Numbered from the stretch's first letter, positions 1 through 11,439 are shown. The stretch: DNA of 64,000 bases from Candidatus Latescibacterota bacterium (GCA_965197905.1 CBDAOB010000004.1:384001-448000); one strand, 5' to 3'. Numbers and translations are program-made. Notes: generated from the letters alone by a model not told the origin.

Positions 1-480
1 GCCGTAGTGTATCCGGGGATGTGTCTATTCGAAGGCACCAACCTATCCGAAGGACGCGGCACCTCTAAACCGTTCGAACAGGTGGGCGCCCCTTATGTGG
101 ATTCCCGTCGCCTTGTGGAGCGGCTGCGCGAGCTCGAGCTTCCCGGACTCAAGTGGCGTCAGGTGCATTTTCGACCGGAGTCTGGAAAGCACGTGGGGCT
201 GGAGTGCCACGGCGCCCAGCTGCACGTGATCGACCGCCACACCTTCAATCCGGTCAGGACCGGACTCGAGCTTCTGGTGGTCGTAAAGGAGCTGTGGGCG
301 GGGGAATTCCAGTGGCATCTGCCGCCGCGGGGGATCCATAACTTTGACCGTTTGATGGGCACCGACCGGATCCGAACCGATATCGATGCGGGAATAGCGG
401 TCTCGCAGCTCTCGCAGGAATGGCAGAACGACTGTGATCGGTTTCTATCCCTCTGTGAACCGTACCGGATTTATGGCTAG
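1..480 (+). CDS. DUF1343/NamZ-family exo-beta-N-acetylmuramidase, C-terminal part (5' end outside window)
   Basis: YPGMCLFEGTNLSEGRGTSKPFEQVGAP and FDRLMGTDRIR are typical of the YbbC/NamZ C-terminus; frame is open from base 1. Confidence 0.85.
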   Translation, partial: AVVYPGMCLFEGTNLSEGRGTSKPFEQVGAPYVDSRRLVERLRELELPGLKWRQVHFRPESGKHVGLECHGAQLHVIDRHTFNPVRTGLELLVVVKELWAGEFQWHLPPRGIHNFDRLMGTDRIRTDIDAGIAVSQLSQEWQNDCDRFLSLCEPYRIYG

Positions 481-502
481 ATTTGTGGCATTACCCCCCT
501 GA

Positions 503-532
503 TTGACACCGGTGAACCGTTTTTTTTATCAT
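503..532 (+). promoter_or_regulatory. Putative sigma70 promoter for the yqgE-dac genes
   Basis: TTGACA (503-508), 18-bp spacer containing a T run, TATCAT (527-532). Confidence 0.4.
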
Positions 533-543
533 ATGGTTACCTC

Positions 544-1176
544 GTGCAAAAAGGAGATAGTTTGGCCGTTTCCATGGTCCTGGAAGCCGGGACCTTCCTC
601 ATAGCCTCTTTGAATCTCGAGGCGCCGAGTTTCAAGCGAACCGTCGTATTATTGTTGAAACACAATGACGAGGGCACCGTCGGTGTGGTGGTAAATCGAC
701 CACTTGGGGAACGGATCAATCTATACTCCAGCGAGGAGCTGATTCAGTACACCTGTAACGCCGGCGCTCCAGAACCGACGCCGCGCGAATTGGGCAGCAT
801 GTTTTTTCAAGGGGGACCTGTGGAGCCGGGCACGTTGGTTTTTCTCCACCGGTTGGATCATTCGGGCAAAGACGGCGCGCAACCCACCGAGGTGTGCCAG
901 GGATTGTTTCTGGGTGGCGACCTCGATACCATCCGGGCTCACACCGCGGTAATGGACGTGGAACGCCCCATTCTGCGTTTTTACTTGGGATACGCCGGAT
1001 GGAATCCAGGACAGCTGGAAAACGAGATCTCGCGCGGGGCGTGGCACGTCTGTCCCGGCGATGTCGAGCTGGTGCTTGAGCCGCATCCCGACAAGGTCTG
1101 GCAGCAGGCGGTATACAGTCTCGGAGGCAAACACCGCCCCATGTCTTTCATACCCGACGATGTGTCCGTAAACTGA
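544..1176 (+). CDS. YqgE/AlgH (DUF179) family protein
   Basis: FKRTVVLLLKHNDEGTVGVVVNRP, GGPVE, RFYLGYAGWNPGQLENEI motifs. Confidence 0.9.
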   Translation: MQKGDSLAVSMVLEAGTFLIASLNLEAPSFKRTVVLLLKHNDEGTVGVVVNRPLGERINLYSSEELIQYTCNAGAPEPTPRELGSMFFQGGPVEPGTLVFLHRLDHSGKDGAQPTEVCQGLFLGGDLDTIRAHTAVMDVERPILRFYLGYAGWNPGQLENEISRGAWHVCPGDVELVLEPHPDKVWQQAVYSLGGKHRPMSFIPDDVSVN

Positions 1177-1202
1177 CTTCGAACTGCAAGTGTGGCGGAA
1201 GA

Positions 1203-2342
1203 TTGAGTAGCGGCCGGTTGTGGATAGGGATCTGTTGCGGACTCGTGGCGGCGTTGCGTCCTTCCACGGCACAGACCTTCGACCCGGGCGCCGATCCAGC
1301 CTTCGCCGCGGCCGTTCTGGTGGAGGCGGAAAGCGGCTCCGTGCTGTTTGCATATCGCGCCGAGACACCCCGGTCTCCCGCCAGTACGCAGAAGCTCCTG
1401 TTGCAGCTGGTCGTCATGGACCTGGTCAAATCCGGAAAATTCTCTCTTGACGAGCCGGTGAGGGTGTCTGCCCGCGCCAGCCGCATGGGCGGATCTCAAG
1501 TCTTCCTGAAGGAGGGCGAGTCGTTCTCCCTCGACGAAATGATGGAGGCAATTTCCATACCTTCCGCCAACGACGCTTGCGTCGCCGTGGCGGAGCACAT
1601 AGGCGGTTCAGTCAAGGGTTTCGTCGATATGATGAACCAACGTGCCGATGATCTGAAACTCACCGAGACGAGTTGCGTCAACGTCCACGGTCTCGACGAC
1701 ACCCCGAAACAGAGCGGCAATCGCACAACCGCCCACGACCTGGCGCGCATCACCCGGGGGTTGTTGGCTCACCCGGAGATTCTGGCCTGGTCTGCGGTCA
1801 GATACAAGCCGTTTCGCGACGGCAGGTTCATGCTCTACAACACCAACAATCTTCTTGGACGGTTCCGCGGGCTGGACGGCATCAAAACCGGGTACACGAA
1901 ACGGGCCGGCTCCTGTCTCGTCGCCACGGCCAAACGGGGCGATATGCGGTTGATATCGGTCATCCTCGGGTGCCGCAGCGAAAAGATTCGCGATGCCGAG
2001 ACACGCCGGCTCTTGAGCTGGGGGTTCAACAACTTTTCGCGCGTCCCGATCGTGCACGAAGGGGAGAGCATGGGAACGGTGGTGCTGGATTGGGGGATGG
2101 AACCCGAAGTCAAAGCGCGTACCGGAACCGCCGCTGTGGCCGTCCTGAGCACCGCCCAACAAAAACTGATTCGCCGACAGATACATCTTCCCGGCTTGCG
2201 TCCAGCCCCAGTGGAGGCCGGAGAGGAACTGGGCAGCTTGACCGTATCCCTGGGCGACAGCCTACTCGTCGAAGTGGATGTGGTCGCCGCCAAGAGCGTG
2301 GCGCGCATGGGGTTCTGGGATAAGTTCCTGAGCTTTTTCTAG
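1203..2342 (+). CDS. D-alanyl-D-alanine carboxypeptidase (PBP5/6, peptidase S11)
   Basis: Signal peptide; PASTQK (SxxK), SAND (SxN), KTGYT (KTG); PBP5 C-terminal domain. Confidence 0.92.
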   Translation: MSSGRLWIGICCGLVAALRPSTAQTFDPGADPAFAAAVLVEAESGSVLFAYRAETPRSPASTQKLLLQLVVMDLVKSGKFSLDEPVRVSARASRMGGSQVFLKEGESFSLDEMMEAISIPSANDACVAVAEHIGGSVKGFVDMMNQRADDLKLTETSCVNVHGLDDTPKQSGNRTTAHDLARITRGLLAHPEILAWSAVRYKPFRDGRFMLYNTNNLLGRFRGLDGIKTGYTKRAGSCLVATAKRGDMRLISVILGCRSEKIRDAETRRLLSWGFNNFSRVPIVHEGESMGTVVLDWGMEPEVKARTGTAAVAVLSTAQQKLIRRQIHLPGLRPAPVEAGEELGSLTVSLGDSLLVEVDVVAAKSVARMGFWDKFLSFF

Positions 2343-2368
2343 AAATCACCCGGCCTCTTGCGTGCCGA

Positions 2369-2800
2369 TTACTTGTGGTATCGCCCGCCGTTGAGGAGAT
2401 CAAAACTCCGGTACAAAACCTCCAGCAACACCACCCGCGCCAACTGGTGCGAACAGGTGAGGCAAGAAAGCGACCAACGCTCCTGCAGCTGGGCTTCCGC
2501 GGCAGCCGGCATGCCCTCTGGGCCACCGATCACAAGCAGAAGGTGGGAGTTGCCGGTGTTCATCAGGTCTTGTAGTCGGGTTGCTAATGCCTTCGAGTCG
2601 TGCTGTTTGCCGTCGACGAAAAGACCGATGCAGAAGGCCGATTTGACGAGATCAAGTGGCAACTGTGACGACTTGGTCCAACTCTTGATTTCGCGCACTT
2701 CGATTTGGGCGAATCGCGAAAGTCGTTTGATGTACTCCGCTTCCGCTGCCAGGTAGTCCGCATTTCTATGTTTCTGGAAGGATACGATCGATATCTTCAC
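2369..2800 (-). CDS. rlmH: 23S rRNA (pseudouridine1915-N3)-methyltransferase
   Basis: SPOUT motifs VIGGPEG, SLSCLTCSHQLARVVLLEVLYR and C-terminal RYHK. Confidence 0.9.
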   Translation of the reverse strand: MKISIVSFQKHRNADYLAAEAEYIKRLSRFAQIEVREIKSWTKSSQLPLDLVKSAFCIGLFVDGKQHDSKALATRLQDLMNTGNSHLLLVIGGPEGMPAAAEAQLQERWSLSCLTCSHQLARVVLLEVLYRSFDLLNGGRYHK

Positions 2801-2874
2801 GGTCAGGAGATTCTCTTGATGAGGTGGATCCCCTAATCTATATTTGGACCCTGATACAGGAAAAGATATGGAGT

Positions 2875-2951
2875 GGGCGATTAGCTCAGGTGGTTAGAGT
2901 GCCTGCTTGACATGCAGGAGGTCGCTAGTTCAAGTCTAGCATCGCCCACCA
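2875..2951 (+). tRNA. tRNA-Val (GAC)
   Basis: Acceptor stem GGGCGAT/ATCGCCC, D arm TAGCTCAGGTGGTTAGAGT, anticodon arm CCTGC-TT-GAC-AT-GCAGG, T loop GTTCAAGT, encoded CCA. Confidence 0.97.
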
Positions 2952-2956
2952 TTTAG

Positions 2957-2994
2957 GAGCCTTCAGACATTTAGTCTGAGGGCTCTTCTTGTTT
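2957..2994 (+). terminator. Intrinsic terminator after tRNA-Val
   Basis: GAGCCTTCAGAC-ATTTA-GTCTGAGGGCTC stem (one G-U pair) followed by TTCTTGTTT. Confidence 0.75.
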
Positions 2995-3203
2995 GACACA
3001 CCTTCTTTCTACACATTCGATGCGTCAGGCGTGAGAAGGCTGGTTCCGCAGTACAGGCGAAGCGTCTTGGCGACGTTAATGACCGTACTCTGCCTGATCG
3101 GCCTTGATTGCGTGGCGATAAGCCTTGAACAAAGCAGCCAGGCATAACTCGCGAGCAACGCATTACACAATTTTGACAGCGCTCGATGCAAGGCAGCCTA
3201 TCC

Positions 3204-4565
3204 ATGCCAGAATCAGCTAAGAGAGAAAGAGCCCCCGCCAAGGAGATTTTCGGCTGGGCCATGTTCGACTTCGCGAACTCGGCCTATACAACAGTGATCA
3301 TCACAGTTGTCTTCGCTGTCATTTTTCCCAAAATCCTCATCGGCCCGGATAACCCAGGTGCGGCAGTTGACAAGCTCACCTATACCCACGGCAATTGGCT
3401 CTGGAGTGTGGCCCAAGTGAGCGGCTACCTTCTGGTTGTGATTAGCGCCCCTATCTTTGGCGCCATTATGGACTACTCAGCTTCTAAGAAGCGATTCTTG
3501 GTTGCCAGCTACGCCCTGACTGTTCTAACGACGGCAGCACTCTATTTTGTTACTCCGGGCCAAGCATGGCTGGGGATTCTCTTGGTAGCGCTTTCGCTTT
3601 TCGGATTCCTGTCCGGTGAGAACTTCGTTTCTTCTTTCTTAATCGACCTTGGTCCGCCTGAGGATCTGGGCAGGATCTCCGGCATGGCATGGGGTCTGGG
3701 CTACTTTGGCGGTTTGGCATCTACCGTGTTAGTGACCACAATCGTCGGCGACGAAACCGTAGAAAACATCGGAATGCTTAGATTCGTTGGGCCTATCACA
3801 GCCGCGTTCTTCATGATCGCAGCTATCCCCACCTTCCTCTGGGTCAAGGAGCGGGGTAGTGCCCAGGAACTTCCCGCCGGTGCTAGCTACTTGACGGTCG
3901 GGTTCACACGATTGCGCCAGACAATCAGCGAGGTCGGTAAATTCCGCGACCTCTCTGTCTTCTTGATATCTGTTTTCTTTGCGATGGCAGGGCTGATCAT
4001 CGTAATCTCCTTTGCTTTCATCTACGGCGATCAGGTGGTCAAATGGTCTCCGGGCACGAAAAAGATCATGTTTATCGTGTCGCAAATAGCCGCCGCCGGC
4101 GGTGCACTACTGTTCGGGTTTGTTCAGGACCGCCTGGGTGCAAAGAAAACCTTCAACATTACGCTGGTTCTCTGGGTTGTAACGATCACCTTGATATGGG
4201 GTACAAACGACTGCACCGCGTTCCTGAACGGCGTCCTCGGCACCTCAATGCACCCGCAGTATTTCTTTCTCTTCGTCGGCTCGCTGGCAGGCATGGGACT
4301 CGGCGCTACACAATCAGCAAGTCGAGCGATCGTCGGCATTTTTTCGCCCGAATCGAAATCCGGCGAATTCTTCGGCTTCTGGGGCTTGTCGGGAAAACTC
4401 GCCGCAATCCCCGGTCTCGTGACCCTCGGTTATTTGCAGACGTTGCTCGGATTGCAGAGCGCGATCCTCATCTGTTCTGGGTTTTTCTTCATAGCTTTGC
4501 TGGTGAACATGGCCGTCAATGAGAAACGCGGACTCCAGGCTGCCATCGAACACGAGGGCGAGTAG
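3204..4565 (+). CDS. MFS transporter, UMF1/YxiO/Atg22-like family
   Basis: WAMFDFANSAY N-terminal signature, ~12 hydrophobic segments, QSASRAIVG...EFFGFWGLSGK. Confidence 0.9.
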   Translation: MPESAKRERAPAKEIFGWAMFDFANSAYTTVIITVVFAVIFPKILIGPDNPGAAVDKLTYTHGNWLWSVAQVSGYLLVVISAPIFGAIMDYSASKKRFLVASYALTVLTTAALYFVTPGQAWLGILLVALSLFGFLSGENFVSSFLIDLGPPEDLGRISGMAWGLGYFGGLASTVLVTTIVGDETVENIGMLRFVGPITAAFFMIAAIPTFLWVKERGSAQELPAGASYLTVGFTRLRQTISEVGKFRDLSVFLISVFFAMAGLIIVISFAFIYGDQVVKWSPGTKKIMFIVSQIAAAGGALLFGFVQDRLGAKKTFNITLVLWVVTITLIWGTNDCTAFLNGVLGTSMHPQYFFLFVGSLAGMGLGATQSASRAIVGIFSPESKSGEFFGFWGLSGKLAAIPGLVTLGYLQTLLGLQSAILICSGFFFIALLVNMAVNEKRGLQAAIEHEGE

Positions 4566-4797
4566 CCGGTGCAACGTCCGCCAACCGCATGGCCTCGCAA
4601 TCACGATTCGTCGATCGCGATGTATACGAGACAGCTCGACATAGACGCATTGCTTGCAACGCTGGAGATTGAGGAGGCGGAGCAAGAATAGATTTAGACA
4701 GCGCGGCTATCAAAAAAATCGCGTCCGCTTTTCGTGTCCGAGATCTTCCGGCGTTACAGAGTCTAGGAAGCGAGGGAATTGATTTTGTCAATTTCGA

Positions 4798-6654
4798 TTG
4801 CGAAGTCGTAAAATCGTGCTGACGAAGAGGATTTCTGGGCATTTGGCCCACGTCGAAGCGATTCTGAACACAGTTGGCGAGGCGATCATCACCGTGGATA
4901 CCTCGCAAGTGATCCGGCTGGTCAATCGGGAAGCCGAGCGCATCTTCGGGTATGAGCCGGATGCGCTTTATGGGGTGCCGCTTGAGGCGTTGATGCCTGA
5001 GCAATACCGCGCTCGTCACCACGCCGGTTTTTCCAGGGCCGTATCAAACGAGGAACTTCGGACCTCTGCAGACTACCTGGAACTGGAGGGTCTTCGCAAG
5101 GACGGAGTGGTCTTTCCCCTGGATATTCGCTTTACCTCACTGGTGGTGGAGGGCGAACGATTCTTCACGGCTTCGATACGGGACATCACGGAACGGAAGC
5201 GGGCACAGGCGGAGCAGCAGAAGGCCGAAGCGGAGGCGGCGGCGGCAGAGCAAGCTAACCGAGCCAAGAGCGCTTTTCTGGCCAATATGAGCCACGAACT
5301 ACGCACGCCGCTCAATGCCATCCTCGGCTACGCCCAGATCCTCAGCAAGGAAGAGGGGCTGAATGAGAAGCAGCGAAGTAACATGGCGACCATCCAGCAC
5401 AGCGGGGAACACCTGTTGTCGCTGATCAACGACATTCTCGACATGTCGAAGATCGAAGCTGGACGCATCGAGCTGGAACCGAACGAATTCTCCCTGCCGG
5501 AACTGCTGGACACCCTGGCCCTCGTCTTCCAGGCGCGTGCCGAACAGATAGGGATCCAGTTCTCCTACGAAACGCTCACCGAGTTGCCGGTCGGTGTACG
5601 GATGGACGAGCGGAAGCTGCGTCAGGTGCTGATCAACCTACTGGGCAATGCGGTGAAGTTCACCGACGAGGGGAGCGTGTTGCTCAAGGTGGGGTACAAG
5701 GAAGCGAAGCTGCGTTTCCAGGTGGAAGACACGGGGATCGGAATCGCTCCGGAGTCTCTGGAGGAGATCTTCGAGGAGTTTAAGCAAGTGACGGATCCGA
5801 ACCACGCGACCGAGGGGACAGGGTTGGGACTGCCGATCAGCTCGAAGCTGGTCCAGTTGCTGGGGGGAGAGCTGCAGGTAAAGAGCGTGCCGGAAAAGGG
5901 GAGTGCGTTCTGGTTCGAGCTGGAACTGGAGGAGGTGGAAAGTTTCGTTCCGGCGGTAGAGGAACGAGAGCGCCGGGTGACCGGATTCCGGGGTGCATCC
6001 TGTAAGGTGCTGGTGGTGGATGATGTGGAGGGCAATCGCTCGGTACTGGTCGACCTGCTGCAGCCGTTGGGATTCGAGGTGCGGGAAGCGGTTAACGGTC
6101 GGGACGGGATCGATCAGGCAATCGACTGGCGTCCGGGCGTGATCTTGATGGATCTGCGCATGCCGGTGTTGGACGGCAATGCGGCGATGCGGGAGATCCG
6201 TCAGCAGTCGTGGGGTAAGGAGGTAGTGCTGATCGCGGTGACGGCGAATGCATTCGAGGTGAATCGTCAGGCGAGTTTCGAGGCGGGGGCGGATGGTTTT
6301 CTGGCGCAGCCGTTCCGTGTGGGACAGCTTCTGGATCTTCTGGCGGAGCATCTGGGACTGGAGTGGGAATACGCAGAGGAGGCCGTCGTCGAGGAAGGAG
6401 TTGATTCGGAATGGATTCTGCCTTCGGGGGAAGAGCTGTCGGGATTGATGCAACTGTCCCTGGCGGGCAACCTATTGGGGATCGGGAAGCGGGTGGACGA
6501 GTTGCTGGAGACGGATGCTGAGTTGAAGCCGTTCGTCCTCCACCTTCAGCAGCTGGTGAAGGAGTTCAAGGTGGGCGAGATCCAGGACTTCCTCCGGCCC
6601 CTGGCCGGATCAGGGAAGGGTAAGGAAGAACGCGCAGAGAAGGAATTAGAGTGA
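4798..6654 (+). CDS. PAS-domain hybrid sensor histidine kinase/response regulator (start uncertain, possibly 5'-truncated)
   Basis: PAS (EAIITVD...GLRKDG...IRDITERK), H-box [20 protein letters not shown] boxes NLLGNAVKFT, DTGIGI, GTGLGL; REC VLVVDD...DLRMP. Confidence 0.88.
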   Translation: MRSRKIVLTKRISGHLAHVEAILNTVGEAIITVDTSQVIRLVNREAERIFGYEPDALYGVPLEALMPEQYRARHHAGFSRAVSNEELRTSADYLELEGLRKDGVVFPLDIRFTSLVVEGERFFTASIRDITERKRAQAEQQKAEAEAAAAEQANRAKSAFLANMSHELRTPLNAILGYAQILSKEEGLNEKQRSNMATIQHSGEHLLSLINDILDMSKIEAGRIELEPNEFSLPELLDTLALVFQARAEQIGIQFSYETLTELPVGVRMDERKLRQVLINLLGNAVKFTDEGSVLLKVGYKEAKLRFQVEDTGIGIAPESLEEIFEEFKQVTDPNHATEGTGLGLPISSKLVQLLGGELQVKSVPEKGSAFWFELELEEVESFVPAVEERERRVTGFRGASCKVLVVDDVEGNRSVLVDLLQPLGFEVREAVNGRDGIDQAIDWRPGVILMDLRMPVLDGNAAMREIRQQSWGKEVVLIAVTANAFEVNRQASFEAGADGFLAQPFRVGQLLDLLAEHLGLEWEYAEEAVVEEGVDSEWILPSGEELSGLMQLSLAGNLLGIGKRVDELLETDAELKPFVLHLQQLVKEFKVGEIQDFLRPLAGSGKGKEERAEKELE

Positions 6655-6771
6655 CCAGAGCGGAGTCGGCATTCGTACTGTGGAGTGGGCTCTTACCGAG
6701 CCTAATGCACGACTCGTATTCCAGTGCGTTCGCAAGGCCTATACACACCCCGTTTGTGTTGGAGGCTGGCG

Positions 6772-9700
6772 ATGTTCAGATATATACCTGCTCTATTTGT
6801 TCTGATCCTGGCAGCCGCTAAGTGGTGGGCGGTTCAGCCCTATCAGCCGGTTCAGCCCGATCCCGTATTGGAGCCGTGGCGGTGGCGGATGTTTTCGGAG
6901 TTACTGGAGCAGGGGCTTCGCTGTATGGCTGAAGCCCGTGATGGGACGATGTGGTTCGGGGTTGACCAGGGCGTCATGTCTTATGATGGACTCACCTGGG
7001 CGTCCTATGGTCCTCAAGACAGCCTTTTGGGCGCACCTGTCAATGTGTTACGCGCTGCCCGAGACGGCAGTGTTTATGCAGGTTCAGATCTTGGCATCAG
7101 TCGATTTCACGATGGGCAATGGCAGCGGGTCTTTCCTCCAGAAGAGGATATGCCGTGGCCAGTGGATGAGATTTTGGAGGATGCTGAAGGCAGACTTTTG
7201 GCAGCCACCGCCTGGGGGTGTTGCGGCAAAACGGAGAGGGCTGGACGCTGCACACCACTGTCGATATGGGCAAAGCGCTTGAGATGACACCCTACATAGA
7301 CCTGGCTTTTGTGCCAGATGAGGTTGTACCGGAGCGGGCATGGACATTTGGAACTGGAATCAAGGTGATCAAGGGGGGATACTTAGGGATTAGCCGCGGG
7401 AGTGTTTCGATGCCGATCTGGGCTCTCGCTCCCGGAGGCCCGGGAGAGGCTGCAGGCCTGGAAGTAGGCGATCAAGTTCTGGAGATTGATGGGCGGGTTC
7501 ACCCTTTGCCCCACCTAGCCCTGAATGGGCAAGGGAAGCCCGTGAAGCTGGTTGTCCGTCGAGCAGCTGGATCCGAGGCTTTTGAAGTGACGCTGAACCG
7601 AAGTGAGATTCCCAAAGGCTCGGTTCGCGAATTTTCGGTGTCGGATATCTATTTGAGCCGGGAAGGGGATCTTTGGGCGGGGCTTTCGTGGGGAGGAGAA
7701 ATCGCGCGGCATACACCGCACAAAGAGAGTGGGGCCTCCTGGCAGGTCTATACGGCTCGGGATGGGTTGGGACCTGGTGACCGTCCCCGCATAACTCAGA
7801 CACAGGACGGAGCGATCTGGACGGTTTCCAACCATTTCGTGGCACATATCAATCGGTTCGATGGGGAAAATTGGTCGCATCTCTCCCCAAGCGAACTCAA
7901 GAATAATAACATCCACACATCGCTTCTGGAAACCCGGGATAGAACGCTCTGGATCGGGGGACAACAAGGCAGACTGTTTGCCTTTCGAGATAGTACATGG
8001 CAGATGTGGACGGAGACCCAACTGCCTATCTCCGAGGCTCGGGTGACCGGGCTTTTGGAGACAGCCGATGGGGCGCTTTGGATAGCAGGGCTGGGCTTGG
8101 AAGCTGCACGGCTGGATTATCGCACCTCCAAATGGACCGGGTTTGAGGGATTGCATTTCCAATGTGAAGCCTCGGATGGGACACAGTGGTTTATTTCAAA
8201 GGATATGAAAATCGTCCGTTTTGATCGTTCCAGACCGGATGGGGAGATGTGGGTTCAGTATGGAATACAAGATGGGATTATGGATAACCCCACCGCTCTA
8301 CTGGTGACCGGGAAGGGAGTCGTATGGGCGGCTGGGGGGCATGAAGGAGAGGCGGCTTCCGCTCGTTTCGACCGCACCGGATGGATCCGTAGAACCTATC
8401 CTGGATTCACTCAGAGTATTGGCGGACAATCGTTTTTTGAGTCTTTGGATGGATCGCTATGGCTGGGGGCTGCGGTGGGTAGAGACACCGATTCGGGGCA
8501 TCTCGGAGGCGTTTTACAACTGAAACGGTCTGAAGAAACCGGAATGCCTGTGTGGGTTCACCACACGCCGCCGGAGGCACCCTCATATGCCTATGGTATT
8601 AGTCAGACGTCTGACGGGGTGCTTTGGTTTTTGGGATCGCGCCTGTACCGTTTCGATGGTAAGACCTGGTCTTGGATGCGGGAACCGCGTGTGCTAAGCA
8701 CGTTTTTACACGGGATTTGGGGAACGGGAGAAGGGGGACTCTGGGTGGGGACACGAGCTTATGGGTTGTTCCATTTTGATGGGCAAGATTGGACCCGGCA
8801 TGGGGTGCGGGACGGACTGTCAAGCAATCGGATTAGGGTGATCCTTCAGACGGACGACAAAAGTGTGTGGGTGGGCACGGACAAGGGCATTAGTCGCTTC
8901 GATGGGCGCACCTGGATGACCCATGCGCTGCCTGCAAAACTTGAGGTTGGAAATGAGTCCCTTCGAAAGGGCCGGGATGGATCCCTCTGGATTAATGCGG
9001 GGGAACGTGCGAAGACGACCCGATATAGATTTGAAGTCAGCCCGCCGGAGACAGAGATCACGGTCTCTGTAGACCGGGTATCTCAACCTGGAAACACCTC
9101 TCTGTCCTGGCGGGGAACCGATCCCTGGGGGGTTACTCCGCGGTCGGAACTCCAATATGCTTGGCGGCTCGATGAGGAGTCGTGGTCCTCATTTTCCGCA
9201 GAAGTGAATACGACCTTACTGACTTTGCCGAGTGGTCAGCATACGTTTGAGGTCAAGGCTCGGGATCGGGATTTTAACGAGGACCCGACCCCTGCGGCGG
9301 TCCGTTTCACCGTGGTTCCGCCGATCTGGCAGGAGCCCTGGTTCATTGCGATGGTCGTCGTGCTGATCGGTGGTATCGGGCTGCAGACCGGACGTGTGAT
9401 CCTGCGGGATCGGAAGCTCCAGGAGTCGAATGAGGGTCTGCAGAAGACCGATGACCTGACCGTGGAGGCGACATTAGAGCGGGTACGTGCGGAGGCATTG
9501 GGGATGCAGGCGAGCGAGGATCTCCACACCGTCAGCGCCGCTCTGTTTGAAGCCTTTGAGAGCCTGGATTTTGCCATGCTTCGTTTTGCAATCACCATTG
9601 TGGATGATGAAGCCGATACAGTGCTGGAGTTTCCTGTCCGAAAAGGCTACGATGGAAAACATATTTACAGGTTTTCCTTGAGGGAGTGGTCGGAGGGAGT

Positions 9701-11357
9701 AACCCAAAACGGGCAATCGATGGAAGCCCGAAAAGAGGGACTTCCGCACTTTATTTATGAACGGGCGGGAGAAGACCTGGTGGAGTACTTGCGACAGTTT
9801 CAATCGCTGACTAAGCAATCTGAAGCCTGGTTCGAAAACGCCTTATTATTGACGCCCGATCCAATGATCGGCCACCATGTTTTCTTCCTCCACGGGGTGA
9901 TCGGGTTTGTGGGCGGTGTTCGCTTCTCTGAAGCCGACCTGGCTGTGGCCAAACGGTTTACAGATGTATTCGACCTGGCCTACCGCCGCTTCCTGGAGCT
10001 TCAGGAAAAAGAAGAACGCAGCCGGGAACTGGCGGCAGCCAACCAGGCAATGTCGGAAGCCATCAACGAACTCTCCCAGGCCAACCAGGCCCTGCAGCGA
10101 GATCGTGCAGTCGAACGCATCCGCGGCCAGGTTCAGGCAATGGCGCAAGTCTCTGATTTCGAGAAGGTCCTCTCCCAACTGTCCGAGGACCTCAAGGCGG
10201 TTGGTCTATCCTTTGACACATGCGGAATCGACGTGCTGGACGAGCCAGTGGAAGAACCCACAATGGCCTATTTTGAGGACCACGGATTTCATCATACGAC
10301 CTATACAATTGATCCCGATGGCACCGTAACCCTGGAATCCAATCCCCTATCAGCCCCGTTTTCTCGTGTGATGCGGGAGACGATGGATCGTTTTATTGCA
10401 GGAGAGCCCTGGCAAGGCCGCAGTGGAGAGACAGCCATTGTAGAGGTCCCGGTTTTGGGGTATGGACGCCTCTGGATGATGGCCTCAGACCGAGAAAGGT
10501 TCTCTGGGGAGGAAGTACGTACCCTTCAGGATTTTGCAGAGGCGGTAGCGCTTGGATACGCACGGTTTCTGGACTTTCAGGAGATGTTGGAACGCGAGCG
10601 GGCAAAACAATCAGCTGAAGGGGCCAACCGTGCCAAAAGCACGTTCATGGGCCGCATGAGCCATGAACTGCGCACCCCGCTCAACGCCATTCTCGGGTTT
10701 ACCCAGATCATGACGCGCGATCAAACCGTTTCTAACAAGAATAAGGAAAGGCTGAAGACCATAAACAGCAGTAGCGAGCATCTGCTCAGGCTGATCAACG
10801 ATGTGTTGGAGATGTCCAGCATCGAAGCCGGTCGGACCGGGCTAAACCCAGTGAGCTTCGACTTGCATCACCTGATCGACGGCCTGGATGGCATGTTTCG
10901 ATTGCGAGCCGAAGAGAAGGACCTGCAACTGATTTGCCACAAGAGTCCCCGCCTGCCCCGGCAGGTGCACACGGACGAGGCCAAGTTGCTGAAGGTGCTG
11001 ATTAACCTGCTCGACAACGCCATCAAATTCACCGAAAAGGGCAGCGTGACTCTCAATGCGGCCTGTGACGGCCAGAGGCTGTCTTTCGAGGTGGAAGACA
11101 GCGGTTCGGGCATAGATCCGGCAGACATGGAGAATCTGTTCGAAGCTTTTGTGCAGCCGGATGTCGGCTTCCTTGCCCAGGAAGGACTCGGGCTGGGTTT
11201 GCCCATTTGCCAGGAGTATGTCCGTTTGATGGATGGGGAGATCACCGTCAGCAGCCAGGTAGGACAGGGTGCCACCTTTAAGTTTGATGTACAGACCGAG
11301 CAGATCGAGCACCTTAATGCGGACGCTGACGGACTTGGTCAAGAGCTTCCAGTTTGA
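6772..11357 (+). CDS. Large beta-propeller (Reg_prop/Y_Y_Y) sensor histidine kinase with inserted PDZ domain and two GAF-like repeats; frameshift at G-run 7214-7218
   Basis: ORFs 6724-7287 and 7218-11357 join (…TAWG/VLRQNG…) if one G is added; repeated DGxLWxG / DGLSSNRIRVI propeller motifs, Y_Y_Y-like LPSGQHTFEVKARD, TM helix after PPIWQEPW, H-box MSHELRTPLNAILG, HATPase. Confidence 0.85.
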
Positions 11358-11439
11358 CACGATTATTGCGATGTTCACTAATGACCTGCCCCCCTGGATT
11401 GTGCCCATGATCTCCGAGGCAAGACGAATCGGCGGCGCC

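Noticed and set aside
2930..2951. tRNA-Val 3' end as the attachment site of the downstream island
   Set aside because: The tRNA is followed by its terminator and an ordinary MFS gene; no integrase and no duplicated 3' end were noticed (manual search, not exhaustive)
7214..7218. Programmed frameshifting or phase variation in the split kinases
   Set aside because: Runs are only 3-6 nt, with no slippery heptamer plus stimulatory structure noticed; sequencing error is more parsimonious
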